From assembly GCF_001194135.2 (NCBI RefSeq), contig NC_069001.1, forward strand, positions 27,351,046-27,415,045: a stretch of 64,000 nt of DNA, given 5' to 3'. This DNA is from Octopus bimaculoides. Taxonomy: Eukaryota. Shown one piece after another: positions 1 through 14,458 of this stretch. Both the position numbers and the translations under genes were made by a program. The number at the start of each line of letters is the position of its first letter. Positions within the stretch are counted from its first letter, which is position 1. The notes beneath the pieces are model-generated. The model was not told where the DNA came from. It saw nothing but the letters and a program-made list of their open reading frames with translations, and made no database searches.

Positions 1-20
1 ATATATATATATATATATAC

Positions 21-65
<45 letters not shown>

Positions 66-92
66 TATACATATATATATACATATATATAC

Positions 93-123
<31 letters not shown>

Positions 124-335
124 CACACATATATATATATATACATATATATATACATATATATATATACATATATATATATATACATATATATATATAC
201 ATATATATATATACACACACCTACGAACATATTTATTTACAAATATATGTATCTATACATATATGTGCGTATATCTCTCTCCTCTTTCCTCCTCTACATC
301 TATTGTTATATATATATATATATATATATATCACA
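1..335. repeat. (AT)n / (ATAC) compound microsatellite; many similar (AT)n, (AC)n, (ATCT)n and (ATGT)n tracts occur throughout the window
   Basis: Direct reading. Other examples: 2705-2794, 9746-9895, 19998-20115, 20770-20886, 28210-28455, 60060-60455. Confidence 0.98.
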
Positions 336-1425
336 CATTTGTATGTATAAATATATGCAGGCTTATATTATTGCCTTCGTTTGATTGTACTTTTTGTTCG
401 TTACGAAACATTTTGCACAAATGTAATTAATAGATTAAATCGCTGGAAATGTTTCCTCCTCAGAAAGAAAGAGATGCAAAATCTTGTTATTCGAATTTAT
501 AGTAATAAGAACTCGACTTAATTTAAATGTAAATAATTATAGAATTCATTTTTCTTTCTATTTTTCTCTCTCATAAAATGTAGGAATATATTTGGAAATA
601 CAGCAAAATAATTATTGGAAAAACAATCACAATAGAACATTTAAACACACAAGAAATAAAATACAAACACAACTAAAAATTATTTTCATTGTTTTTAAAA
701 TATTCCTGAAGAAAATTATGAAATATTTTCGAAGTTTCAGAAATTGAAAATAAATAGATAAATAAATAAATAAATAAATGTTTAAAATATAACGATCAGA
801 TGGAAACTTTCATTTTTTTTTCTCGTTTCCACTTGCTTCGAATATGCTTGGAGATACTGTTAGGTTTATAAGGCAATTAAATGAACCATAGAAATAAATG
901 TTCATTCAATAATGCTTATTGAAATGCATCTTAATGATTGAGTATAGTGACCGAACGTGTCCACACGGAAGAAAATAGAAAGTGAGATATGCGTTATGAA
1001 ATCATATCTGGGCAGTTGTCAACTTGTTAATGTAACAAAAATGTGCTAGATTTATAGAAAGTGAGATTGTGAGGATCAAAAGAAAAATAATGTTTGTGTG
1101 TTGGATTAGGGTAGAAAGAGTATTGAATGAGAGAGGGAAAAAAAGAGAGCGATATCAGGAAGTGGGAGGTAGAAAAGTATTAGAAATACCACTAAAGACG
1201 GGAAAATCTCTAATAATTGTAATAACATTTCTGAAAAGTCAAATTTTGATATATGCTACTAAATGGAATGAGATAGTATAAGCAATTAGAGGTATTGTAA
1301 GGTAGAAGAAAATCAATCAACCACGTTGTAAAATTATTGACATTTTTACAATGTTAAAAGACACAGCTTTAGAAGTATACATATATACTACAAATCTATC
1401 TATCTATCTATCTATCTATCATACG

Positions 1426-1463
<38 letters not shown>

Positions 1464-2049
1464 CATACATACATATACGTACATTGATGCATACGTGCGT
1501 ACACAGTTAAATAAAACCGAATATAATTACTCATGCTGCAACATGAACAGCTCATGATGTTACGTGAAGTGTGGAGAGATATGACAGATACGAATACCTA
1601 TTTTTTAGCTCAGCTAAAGATAACAATTCAATCTCTCTAAGAACACAGCCTTTCTCTCTACGATAAAATATCTATACATTCAATATAACATTTCCACAGT
1701 GGTTGGCAAGATAGTCGCTATCTAGATATTCGTAGGCTAAAAGCGCGAATGGTTTCGAAAAGAGACCTGCTACATGAAACTTAATTAGGTGCTAACCAAC
1801 TGCAACAGAAGACTGTACACATCACTCATACATGCAGTTTGAGGAAAATGATGGTATCGTTAATGGTGTTGGTAGAGACGATGGTGATTGACGAAAAAGA
1901 TGACGGTAAATGTGACGCCGAGGTCGACCTTGTCTTTTATACTTTATCTTGGCTGTGATGCTCATACTCTCGATATATGTAGGAAAAACATTCATTGATA
2001 ACGTTAGTCAATGAGGCTTGAAAATCTCAAGTCTATTGTTACCAACGGC

Positions 2050-2250
2050 CAAAATGCTTAGCAGCTATTCATCCGTCCTCACGTTGTGGGGTTCAAATTC
2101 CACGTGGATCGACTTCGCCTTTCATCCTTTCGGTGTTGGTAAAATAAATTCCTGTTGAGCACAGGGGTTGATATAATCGACTTAGCCTCACCCCTTTGGC
2201 CCTCCACAGAAAGTTCTGACTTTGTGCCAATATTTGAAACCAATATTTTT
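2050..2250 (+). mobile_element. SINE family C copy (consensus approx. aaggcggtgagctggcagaatcgttagc...gagttcaaattcc...gtcgactttgcctttcatcctttcggggtcgataaa...tttgaaaccaatatt)
   Basis: Matches many other copies in the window; B-box-like GTTCAAATTCC. Further, often degenerate, copies at about 13560-13700(+), 19120-19325(+), 27290-27655(-), 41540-41710(+), 49490-49620(-). Confidence 0.8.
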
Positions 2251-2707
2251 AGCGTAGGGATCCAATACATGTTATGAACCTTCTAAATGCTTGAATATAG
2301 GTGTAAGAAATTTCTTGTGCAAGCCGTATTTTTCAACGAGGAACGTTAAGTGGTTCGCTTGATATTTTTCTTACAATTTAATCGATGTGTGGTTGTTACA
2401 TGCATTGAGAGAAACTTAAGTGGTGGAGACTGATGAAAAATATATATTTCTGAAAGCAATATAAAATATTTCAAAATATTTTCAGAAAGATGAATAAGTC
2501 TGAAAAAAAAGCAAGTGTATTTGATCTTTATTTCTCTTCTGTTTTATAACGCAGATATTTATCAAATATATGCTTTATATAATATAATTAATGTTCTTCG
2601 CCATTAAATGGCGTTTGTAAAGCATAAATATAAGTTGTAATTTAAGAAGACATACAAGAAATTTGCATTTCTGATATTGATTTCGTAAAACAAAATTTGC
2701 ATATAAG

Positions 2708-2739
<32 letters not shown>

Positions 2740-2743
2740 TGTA

Positions 2744-2796
<53 letters not shown>

Positions 2797-2810
2797 ATAA
2801 TCTGTTAATT

Positions 2811-3010
2811 GTTTCAGTCATTAGACTGCGGCCATGCTGGGGTACTACCTTGAAAAGTTTTAGTCGAACGAATCGACTCCTGTTCTTCTGTCGTTTAAGC
2901 TTGGTTCTTATTCTGTTGGTCATTTTTGCCGAACCACTATGTTACAGATACATAAACACACCAGAAAGGTGTGCTAAGCGGTGGTTGGAGATAAACACAT
3001 ACTCAGAGAC
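2811..3010 (-). mobile_element. SINE family A, 3' half (partial)
   Basis: gtttcagtcattagactgcggccatgctgg is the reverse complement of the family A 3' end ccagcatggccgcagtc...atgactgaaac. Similar partial minus copies at about 12575-12780 and 35752-35870. Confidence 0.8.
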
Positions 3011-3574
3011 ACACACACAAACATATACACAAACACACACACATACATATATGTTTATATATAAATACATTCATTTCTCTTCTTGTTTCTCTCTCTTCAC
3101 TCACTCATCCACTAATACACACAGATAGACAGACACACACACACACATATAATCTATCTGTCTGTTTGTCTGTCTGTGTAAATATTAACGATAACAGAAG
3201 TAAACCAACTTAAAACAGTAATGATGTCATTAACATAGATTAGTAATTATGCCATAAGTGTGACGGGTGCTGGGAAGTTCCTGTCGTTAAAGGTGTTGCG
3301 AAAGGTCTAGCTGGAGGCCTAACCTTGCGAGTTCTTTTGCAGGGTTTAGAAAAACTGAAGGACTGCTCCAATAAATGTGTGAATATGAGTGGGGAATATG
3401 TTAAGCAAAATCACAATTAACTGTTCCTCTTATATTTTCTTTAACCCAAAGGCAGGAACTTTTCAGCACCCCTCGTAGATTAATCAATTCCAAAATGTTT
3501 AGATATTTCTGAATATACCTAGCACCGTATTATGTAACGTCTCTAAAGATTTCTAATCAGTTGCGGCTTTTTGA

Positions 3575-3921
3575 GTGGCACCTTGGGCAAGTGTCTTCTA
3601 CTTTCGCCTCGGGCCGACCAAAACCTTGTAAGTGGATCTGGTAGACGGAAACTGAAAGAAGCCCGTCGTATATATGTATATATAAATATATGTATGTGTG
3701 TGTGCATATGTTTGAGTGTCTGTGTTTGTCCCCCCCAACATTGCTTGACAACCGATGCTGGTGTGTTTACGCCCCCGTAACTTAGCAGTTCGGCATAAGA
3801 GATCGATAGAATAAGTACTAGGCTCACAAAGAATAAGTCCTGGGGTCGATTTTCTCAACTAAAGGCGGTGCTCCAGCATGGCCACAGTCAAATGACTGAA
3901 ACAAGTAAAAGAGTAAAAGAG
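3575..3921 (+). mobile_element. SINE family A (tRNA-derived, internal microsatellite), 5'-truncated copy
   Basis: Collinear with copies at 30412 and 31970: ccttgggcaagtgtcttctac...gaaagaagcccgtcg-[AT/GT tract]-...aaggcggtgctccagcatggccacagtcaaatgactgaaacaagtaaaaga. Confidence 0.9.
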
Positions 3922-3959
3922 TTGAATTCAACGTATGATACCAAAATTGATATAATAAT

Positions 3960-4320
3960 CGTGACATTCCGTCGGTTACGACGACGACTGTTCTACTTGA
4001 CCCCATCAACAGAACAACCTGCTCGTGAAATTTACGTGCCAGTGGCTGAGGACTTCACAGATAAGTGTACTCTTAACGTAGTTCTCGGCGAGATACAGCG
4101 TGAGACAGAGTCAGCTCTTTCAAATACAGGTACAACAGAAACAGGAAGATAGAGTGAGAAAAACTTGTGGTGAAAGAATACAGCAGAATTTGCCACCACC
4201 CCCTGCCGAAGTTCTGTGGAACTTTAGGTGTTTTCGCTCACAATGCCCTGTCAGGGAATCGAAACCGCAATCCTACGACCGCGAGTCCGCTGCCCAAACC
4301 TCTGGGCCATTGCGCCTCCA
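3960..4320 (-). mobile_element. SINE family B (tRNA-like head, (AAC)n-type tail), near full length
   Basis: Reverse complement of the plus copy at 43306-43667. The head (tggaggcgcaatggccca...) lies at 4320. Confidence 0.9.
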
Positions 4321-5339
4321 CTGATATAATAATACAAAGTGTATGAAAAGATAGAAGTTTTTGATAATTACTCTTGTTCGAATTGTCTAATAATCTCCAC
4401 TGTTGACGCTTTCGATATTTCAATAAACAATAGCCATTAAATTAGATGCAGTTAACATTTTTATGATTTACTAGTGTTAGCAACTATGATATAAAATCCA
4501 CTCTGAGAAAGCTAATTCACGCATAATAAAGACAGAGCTTTGTAGCACCAAATATCTTTCAAGAACCGCATCAAAAACTAGTCGAAAGCAATCTCCAGTC
4601 CCTCCACCAATTAAGAAATATTCGATAATGTAGATCCTCGCTAATATTTTAGATATACTATGTGCGAGATTAAATCCATACATGACTTCCTTGCAACCTT
4701 TTAAATTGAAAATAAACGCTTTAATCTCACATAATCTAGTCCTCATTCACTTTTCACTTCGTGAAATTCTTACCTTAATAGATAAATAGTTCGCAGCTAA
4801 TCACAGGCATTAAACGTTTCTTAAAATATATAGCCAACATATAAAGTATAGTTACAGCACGAAATCGAAATTATTAAGTGTTATGTTAAGTTCTAACATT
4901 CACTGACGAAATAACGATTTCGTTTATAACATTTATTCTCCTTCGTTTATCAACAAAAATACTTGTTTCTTTGAAACAACTCCTAATATGATATGAGATA
5001 CTTCACGCTAAATATCTGAGATCGACTTTCTAAGAAACATTCTTAACCAGTCTGTATATCTATCTATCTATCTATCTATCTATATATATAGAGAGTTCAA
5101 AGCTTACTGTGTAAAGATAACGCGTGCGTTCGATCGTGTGATACAAACAATATATGAGTATATGCATATATATGTACATGTATGTACAAACCTTCATCTA
5201 CATGTACATATAGATACATATCTGGGTACATGACGCTGCAAAAGAACATGGACAAAATGATAAACAAGGTGCAACAAACAAGCAGGCCACATAGAGAACA
5301 TATCCTTCATCAGCTAGTACTTCGTCGTGCGCGCGCGCG

Positions 5340-5376
<37 letters not shown>

Positions 5377-6316
5377 CTTTGTTTTTGTGCCTCGCCACTG
5401 CTCGATAACCGGGTTAGTTCCCGTCTCCATAACTAGTGGCACAGCATACGAAACCGAAAGCAGAAATACTATGCTTAATTTTAAAGAAAAATGAAAAGAA
5501 ATTTATATCTACTGGGTTTGATTTGTTCAAGAAGCAGAATGACACGAACATTTTGGGAGGAATTTTCTTTACAAACCTCGATAGATTGTTTATAAAATGT
5601 ATGTGTAGGTGTGTATGTGACTGTGTAGTTATAATGCTTTTCTATTTCACATTGACCTTCTTGTCAACTAGTTTGATGTTAACAAGTGCTGTACCTCAGT
5701 CGCTTTAAATGCTACTAGCTTCGTGTTATCGTATACGAAATATTGGTTAAACCCTTTCATTCACTGAACATTATTTTAGATTGAATATCTTTCATAAGAG
5801 ATCCACGCCTATGAAGTTATTTCTTGGGGTTAATTACTTCTTATTCACTAGATTGTTAACCCAGATATTTAATGTTGTATTGATCATAAAGAAGTTCTAT
5901 AATATTCTCGTCACTTTCTAAAAGATTAAGGAACGTACCTGTATAATGGTAAGACCTTTGATTCTTAGAAATATCTGTTTCTTTCAAACAGTTTGCGTAT
6001 TTACTAATTAAATCCAAAGGATTTACTGCGTAACGTTGTTTATGAAGTGCCTAAATACTTTCATTCATAGCATTCTGTATATCTTATTTAACATGGATTT
6101 ATTATCGAAAGCCACAAAACTGCAGCATTCGTCTTGAGAAAGCTTCCCATATAGACGTATAACATTTGGTGCTAAAATGCACCATCAGTAGAAGATGAGA
6201 AGCCACTAGCAAATGTTACAAGACATTTTATATGTAGAAGCTTTTAGGTTTTAACTTGATACCATAATTGTCTGGAATAATAACAATGCTACGATGGACT
6301 AACGTGGAAGAAATTT

Positions 6317-6358
<42 letters not shown>

Positions 6359-9013
6359 ATATATATATTATATAACTTGGCAGAATGAGATAAAAGATCC
6401 AAGGCTGTAAATAGTTTCCAGAACATTTATAAAGAACTCCTTTCCCGTATCATTATCGAACCTGGAGCTTAGCCATGGTGTATCCATAGCACTTATTTAG
6501 CGTTACCCGATACCTTTGGGGGTTTTCTTCACACCAATACCTCTCATAGCTTTGGTTTTTGTTTGCTACCTTGGAACCCTCTGCTTACCAGGTTAATCCA
6601 CTACGTGGGAAGAGCTATTCTAAGAGCACTTCTGCCTCATCTTCGAAACGCCTAGTTTAGAATAGAGACAGCTGATGAAGGAAAAGTTCCATAAGTGGCT
6701 CGTCTGTTTTTCTATGTGTTAATTTGTTGTCCGTAAAAAAAGTCCGTTTTTGTGCTTTATTTATGTTCCCGTTCCTTTTTTGACGTCCTGTAACCAGATA
6801 TGCATCTATATATACATGTAGATGTAAGTATGTACATATATGTATGTATACATGCATACGCTCATATATCATTTGTATTATATATATATCGAATCTCTCT
6901 CTGACTCACTCTCTCTCGCTTTCTCCCTCTGCATCAGCAGCATATGAAAACCGGGCAGCCGTGATATGGAATTGCTAAATCCTGATTTCTGTGTCTTTCA
7001 ACATCATCAGTAGAAAATATCCACTATCAAATGTATAAGATGAGTAACAGAAGACATATGTCCGAGTGGCAGAATAGTTGAAGCGTAGAATGAGACATTG
7101 TGCTCTGTTTATTCATGCTTCTATTAATCTGAGTTCAAATCAAATCGTGATCAATGATACCTTTCATCATTAACGTTCGATAATCAAATTACCAGTACAA
7201 GGCGGCGGAATAGTGGAATCATTGGTGCAAAAGAGAGGATGTTTTTACAGTTTTTGACTAAGATGTTGGTGTCATATTTTCAGATTTCTGTTGCTTTACT
7301 TAGATTTTATAACACCATCACCTTCGGAAGAGACTTTTCTTTCACAAGTGATCTGAAGCGTTCCCTATATTAAGGACATATTCCATCACCAATACCTAAG
7401 GATCTGCTAATGACATGGGCACATTGCCCACGAGAATAACTTATCAAAAATCTTGAATTACAATACATTAGACTTTACAGGACCTCGGTAAAATGAATTT
7501 GGGACGAAGGAATGTAAGTTTAAAGCAGAAAGCTCATCGGAAATAATTCAACACAATTGACTTCGCTAAGGCACCCAAATGTCAGACAATGGTGTTGAAC
7601 CGAGCGAACTGTTAAGTCTACCACATAAGTAGCTATTGACAAAGTTGTAACTCTGAGCGTAAAAAGGCAGAACAATGACTACAAAACATTCTGTTCGAAC
7701 TACACACATCTCTGCAATCCATGTTCCTCGTTTAGTAATATTTACTTTAAAAAAAAAATGAAATGAAAAATGTCAATATGGGATTCGAACGCAGAGATAA
7801 CAGAGTCAAAATAAATACGGCGTATATACTATCCAGTGATCGAACGACACTGGTTTATCCGAGCGCAATTAACTATGCGTTGCAAATGCAGTTTTCAGCG
7901 ACTGCATACGTAAAATTATGTTGCTAAACGTGAATTAAATATATATATATATATATATATATATTGTATTCATAATATTGGTTTCAAATGTTTGTACAAA
8001 TCAGCAATTTCCGTAGAGGTGAGAAGCCGATCAGATCGACCCTTGTTCTTAACTGGCCCTTATTTTATTGACACCGAAATAATGAAATGTAAAGACGATC
8101 ACCGACGGAATTTGAACACACAAAAAAAAAAAAACGTAAGGGAATATCAAGTAGAAGTCAATATATTGGTTTGAAATTACGGCACAAGTTCAGCAACTTT
8201 GTGGTAGTGGTGGGTAGTGGATTACACCGATCTCAATGCACAGTAGTCACTTTTTTTATCGAATCCGTACGGATGTAAAGGAAAGTCAACCTCGGTGTAA
8301 TATGATCTCAGTATGTAATGACGGATGAAATGTCAATAAGCGTTTTCGGCGGTGTGTTAACGATTCTACCATTTCGCCGCCTCATGTAGTCCTTATATTA
8401 ATAAGACTATATTGTACCGTTGTCTTGACAGAATTGATTGGGAAACCGATAACAGATCTTACAGTGTATATTTACTTTCCCAAGTTGAAAACCTGCGTAT
8501 TGATATAAATTACTAAGGAGCTGTGTCGAACTTAATTGCTTCTATACATATACTGACTCAAATCATGAGTTCCAATGCGTTAAGGTTTGATTATATNNNN
8601 NNNNNNNNNNNNNNNNNNNNNNNNNNNNNNNNNNNNNNNNNNNNNNNNNNNNNNNNNNNNNNNNNNNNNNNNNNNNNNNNNNNNNNNNNNNNNNNNNNNN
8701 NNNNNNNNNNNNNNNNNNNNNNNNNNNNNNNNNNNNNNNNNNNNNNNNNNNNNNNNNNNNNNNNNNNNNNNNNNNNNNNNNNNNNNNNNNNNNNNNNNNN
8801 NNNNNNNNNNNNNNNNNNNNNNNNNNNNNNNNNNNNNNNNNNNNNNNNNNNNNNNNNNNNNNNNNNNNNNNNNNNNNNNNNNNNNNNNNNNNNNNNNNNN
8901 NNNNNNNNNNNNNNNNNNNNNNNNNNNNNNNNNNNNNNNNNNNNNNNNNNNNNNNNNNNNNNNNNNNNNNNNNNNNNNNNNNNNNNNNNNNNNNNNNNNN
9001 NNNNNNNNNNNNN

Positions 9014-9058
<45 letters not shown>

Positions 9059-9797
9059 CTTACCTTTCCTACCTACCTAACTACCTTCTCATATACATAT
9101 ATGCATACATATATATAGTTCCAGCTACAGAAAAATATGGATCAATCCATTAGGCATATCTGAAGAGCATTAGCTGATATTTAAGGACAACAAAGCAGCT
9201 ACAGACATATTTATTGTCGATCTGTAACCTAAGGTCAAAACTTATCGAGAAGCATCAAGATCAAAGCCATTCCAACCGTTACGATCCTGAATTTGTTTCC
9301 GTACATTATGTAACGCAAACTACATTAATGAACGTTTCGTTGGTTTCATTAAAAAATATTATACTGCAATTTCGGGCGGTTTAGCTGTTAGAGCAATGCA
9401 ATATTTTTAGGTACATATCGCAGAGTATCGAGGGGACTAACATATTGAAATATAAGAGATGTTTTCTTACGAATATCCCGACTCCCTTTTTTGATCAGTT
9501 AAGACCTGACTCTCATTTGTACGTGAAACAATACTGTTTGAGTTGATGGTGTACAACGTTGAAGCCATGTCCATCTAATGTATTCTTTGTTTTGCGTATC
9601 TACAATTTATATTGTATAACCTCATTTGCATCTTCCTCTCCTATGATAATCACTTGTGGTTTCCGGGAGGCATGGTTATCATAACATGAAGGTTTATGAA
9701 TTGTGTTAAAAGCCCCTCATGTATTATTCCTGAATAGGAAAAGGTTGTGTGTGTGTGTGTGCGTGTATGTATGTGTGTGCAAAGAGAAAAAGAGACG

Positions 9798-9842
<45 letters not shown>

Positions 9843-9863
9843 TCACACACACACACACACACG

Positions 9864-9899
<36 letters not shown>

Positions 9900-9997
9900 A
9901 ATCTTGCAAAACTAGGCACCGCATTACATCTAATGTATGTTTATATACATATATATGTGTGTCTGTGTTTATATCTGTGCGTGTATTTTACATGTAT

Positions 9998-10760
9998 ATG
10001 ATATCTTTAAAGCCTTGGGATCAGGTTCGAAGTCTGATGGCTTATATCTTGACTTCAGTAAAGCGTTCGACAGAATTGACCATAATATTCTACTGTCAAA
10101 ATTGTCAAATCCTGGAATCCGTGGATAACTACTACACTAGATTGAATAGTTCCAGGAGAACAGAACACAACATGTGATCGGTGGAATCTGCTCAACCCCA
10201 GAAAAAGTTACCAGTGGCGTCCCTCAGGGGACTGTCTTGTCCTGCTTCTCTTTATAATCTATATAAACGATCTTTCTAGCGTCATAAAAATATTCGCTGA
10301 TGACTCTAAGCTCCAGAAAACTATTAACGAAGTAGAAAACCGTACTGAACTCCAGTCTGATCTACATGCTGTGAGTCAATGAGCAGACAAAAACAAGATG
10401 CAACTAAACGAGGGAAAATTTGAGCTGATGAATTTTGGAAGAAAGACTATGCTAAAATAGTCATACTGTCTTCCTTCAGGGGAACCACTCACAGCATATC
10501 AGAGACCTAGCAGTAATTGTTGAAAACAATCTCAGCTGGAGTACCCACATCAACAATAAGGCCAATGTAGCTCGTAGGATGAGCTCCTGGATCATAAGAT
10601 ACTCCTGGTTCAGAGAACAAGGTGTCATCATTCCTTTTTTCTCCTCCTTTGTACGCCCACACCTCGAATACTGCTGCCCCCTGTGGTTTTCCTATACAAA
10701 ACAAAACATTTGGAAAACTGAATCACCTCTGGCCATTCTCAAAAAGAATTAAGGGCATGA
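9998..10760 (+). mobile_element. Decayed non-LTR retrotransposon (CR1/L2 group LINE), central reverse transcriptase fragment
   Basis: Translates across stops and frameshifts to YLDFSKAFDRIDH, SGVPQGTVL, FIIYINDL, IFADDSKL (FADD at 10293-10304), RDLAVIVENNLSWSTHI and FVRPHLEYCCPLW, all hallmark LINE RT motifs. Confidence 0.95.
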
Positions 10761-10806
10761 TTGTTTTCGATTATTGTGATCTTACAGCATTGTAACTCTA
10801 TTCTCT

Positions 10807-10850
<44 letters not shown>

Positions 10851-11403
10851 NNNNNNNNNNNNNNNNNNNNNNNNNNNNNNNNNNNNNNNNNNNNNNNNNN
10901 NNNNNNNNNNNNNNNNNNNNNNNNNNNNNNNNNNNNNNNNNNNNNNNNNNNNNNNNNNNNNNNNNNNNNNNNNNNNNNNNNNNNNNNNNNNNNNNNNNNN
11001 NNNNNNNNNNNNNNNNNNNNNNNNNNNNNNNNNNNNNNNNNNNNNNNNNNNNNNNNNNNNNNNNNNNNNNNNNNNNNNNNNNNNNNNNNNNNNNNNNNNN
11101 NNNNNNNNNNNNNNNNNNNNNNNNNNNNNNNNNNNNNNNNNNNNNNNNNNNNNNNNNNNNNNNNNNNNNNNNNNNNNNNNNNNNNNNNNNNNNNNNNNNN
11201 NNNNNNNNNNNNNNNNNNNNNNNNNNNNNNNNNNNNNNNNNNNNNNNNNNNNNNNNNNNCCATATTCTATATCCCACATTGGTTCTGCAGGAATATAAAT
11301 GAAACATAAAAAACAGACAGTGTTGGAACTCTTTTAAACAAAATAATATATTCCTCTATACACAATCATACAAAAAACACACCTTTTTGTATTTATTTTT
11401 ACT

Positions 11404-11446
<43 letters not shown>

Positions 11447-12177
11447 CACATGTATATATACATCTGTCTATCCATCCATCTATCTAGCTATCAATGTAGG
11501 TATTACATAACAAACAAGAGAAACAGAAAATTGAATTCATCAGAGTTTGAGGAACTATTGCAGAATTACAGAAGTAGATCCAGTGGCGTTTATATCAACA
11601 CTGTGAAGGACTTCAGGTAGCCATGGCAAGCTCATCCACGCGTCCAGACTATCAGATGCATGATAAGACGGATATAGTTATATTAAACACATGCCTGAAA
11701 ATTCACAAGTGTCAGCAGAGAATCTACAATTATAACCAAGGAGATTGGAATGAAGACGTCTTTCTTTTATTTCATTGATTTACAAATGTTTCATCAAAAA
11801 TCGATCACTTGCGCATTGCTATATTATACAATATGCAACCATTGATACATGAGGTGCCATATATATAAAATGAGAAATCAATTCCTGTGAATCTTCTAAG
11901 AAACTTATGCCCCGTGTCACTTGAATTAACGGTAGCACAACTCAATACAGGTATAAAGTATCGGTAACTGAAGTCTCCACAGTGGATAAACTTTCGTGCA
12001 TGGTTCTGAAGAATCGATGTTCGATTTTGTGTTTATAACACCTCAGGTATCGATGACTGCATGTTGCATAATATAGGAATGCTCACGCGATCGATTTTCA
12101 ATGAAACAAAATAAACTTCCTCACTCCATTTTCCTTGCTTGTTACACACACAATCACACACACAACCACATACATAC

Positions 12178-12213
<36 letters not shown>

Positions 12214-12476
12214 ATATATANNNNNNNNNNNNNNNNNNNNNNNNNNNNNNNNNNNNNNNNNNNNNNNNNNNNNNNNNNNNNNNNNNNNNNNNNNNNNNNN
12301 NNNNNNNNNNNNNNNNNNNNNNNNNNNNNNNNNNNNNNNNNNNNNNNNNNNNNNNNNNNNNNNNNNNNNNNNNNNNNNNNNNNNNNNNNNNNNNNATATA
12401 TTCATATATATATATACATATATGTTTATACATATATGTATACATATCTGTATACATATATGCGTGTGTATGTCTG

Positions 12477-12542
<66 letters not shown>

Positions 12543-12765
12543 TGCATGCATGTATGGTTCATATTTTATTTGTTTTTGTCATTAGACTGCAGTGTTGCGG
12601 GGACACCGCCTTGAAGAGTCTTTTAGTGGAATAAATCGACACCAGTATTTAGATTTTATAAAGCCTAGTACTAATTGTGTCCGTCTTTATTTCGAACTGC
12701 TAAGTCACAGGGACGTAAACCATCACTAATTGTCAAACGGAGGTAGGAAGCAAACATACTTACAA

Positions 12766-12799
<34 letters not shown>

Positions 12800-13490
12800 T
12801 ATGAAAAGGAAGTATAATATGCCCTGTCCATAATAGAGGAAGCAGTACAGATGCTACAAATTACACGCCTATCACTTTGACTTCACATGTTAGCAAGTTT
12901 ATGGACCGCTTTGTCAATAGGAAGCTGATCATGCTTCTGTAAGAAAACAGCTTACAAACATATAACATAAATTCTGTAAGGGAGAAGCTGCCTCACACAG
13001 CCAATTACAGCGTTATGACTGTACAGTGAAAGAGCAGCTAAACCACTCAAATGTGGATTGCACAAAGAAGATTGCCGTGGTGAAACAGATGAACGCCTGG
13101 GAGAGGATAAGGGAAATTAAGCTTTATTCCCAACAGGGAAGGCATGAAAGACATGCAGGGATATACATATGGAAAATCCTGGAAGTTCTATGTGCCAGTA
13201 TTGGAAATAAAAGCTATGCCAACAACTGAACTAGACAGACAGAGCACAGTATTAAATTGCCGTCGTCTCCATGTAACAATCGGGTGCTGTAACAACTTGG
13301 GTTTCAGGGATCCATAGCTCTTTGACATTCGGTGAAACAACATCAGAGTTTTGCGAGGTATAGATGGTGATGCCTTCAAAAGGTGTCTCAACAATTTTTT
13401 TGCGTGAGAAACCAGAGGAAGCAACATTGCAGCAGGATGCATATAGAAGAGCTGCTGCGTCCAACTTGTTAGTTCACCAAAAAACAGAAC
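12800..13490 (+). mobile_element. Decayed, internally deleted CR1/L2-group LINE (RT N-terminal part joined to ORF2 C-terminus)
   Basis: 12805-13050 reads ICPVHNRGSSTDATNYTPITLTSHVSKFMDR (a PIHK..NYRPISLTS-like motif). 13060-13490 reads WERIREIKLYSQQGRHERHAGIYIWKILE ... RRAAASNLLVHQ. Confidence 0.85.
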
Positions 13491-14419
13491 AGAAAGAATC
13501 CATGCACTTGGTACTTTTCTATGGTTTAAACCTCTGGATGAGACTAGTGAAATACGTTCTGAGTTAAAATTCTACCATAGTCGGCTTGCCTTCCATCATT
13601 TCGGGTTTCATAAAATAATTACCAGTTGAGTACTGTTGTCGATAGAATCGATTTAGCACTCCTATTTCATTGCAGGCATTGTGCCAAATTTAAAAGCATT
13701 ATTATCTTGTTTCTCCACACGAATTAATCCTTTACGTATAAACGAAGTAGGGCATATTTAGTAGATTTTTGGTAGGTGTCTATTCGGAAAAGACATAATT
13801 TTAGATAGATTTAACTTTTCCGTGGGAGACGTTTCTTTTCTGTAATTTGCAACGATTTTATATATGAAAAATTGTAGGTTTTAGGATAGTATCAGACTTG
13901 TCTGAGTCGTAGAATAATGTCACACCGACTAAAGTGAATGGAATTAAATACATACGTACGTACATACATGCATATACATNNNNNNNNNNNNNNNNNNNNN
14001 NNNNNNNNNNNNNNNNNNNNNNNNNNNNNNNNNNNNNNNNNNNNNNNNNNNNNNNNNNNNNNNNNNNNNNNNNNNNNNNNNNNNNNNNNNNNNNNNNNNN
14101 NNNNNNNNNNNNNNNNNNNNNNNNNNNNNNNNNNNNNNNNNNNNNNNNNNNNNNNNNNNNNNNNNNNNNNNNNNNNNNNNNNNNNNNNNNNNNNNNNNNN
14201 NNNNNNNNNNNNNNNNNNNNNNNNNNNNNNNNNNNNNNNNNNNNNNNNNNNNNNNNNNNNNNNNNNNNNNNNNNNNNNNNNNNNNNNNNNNNNNNNNNNN
14301 NNNNNNNNNNNNNNNNNNNNNNNNNNNNNNNNNNNNNNNNNNNNNNNNNNNNNNNNNNNNNNNNNNNNNNNNNNNNNNNNNNNNNNNNNNNNNNNNNNNN
14401 NNNNNNNNNNNNNNNNNNN

Positions 14420-14458
<39 letters not shown>

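Noticed and set aside
1690-1785. Acceptor plus short frame GWQDSRYLDIRRLKARMVSKRDLLHET*
   Set aside because: Too short, with no homology; expected by chance.
4477-4746. 89-aa minus-strand ORF
   Set aside because: No recognisable domain or flanking splice signals; the nearby donor at 4773 would place it in an intron.
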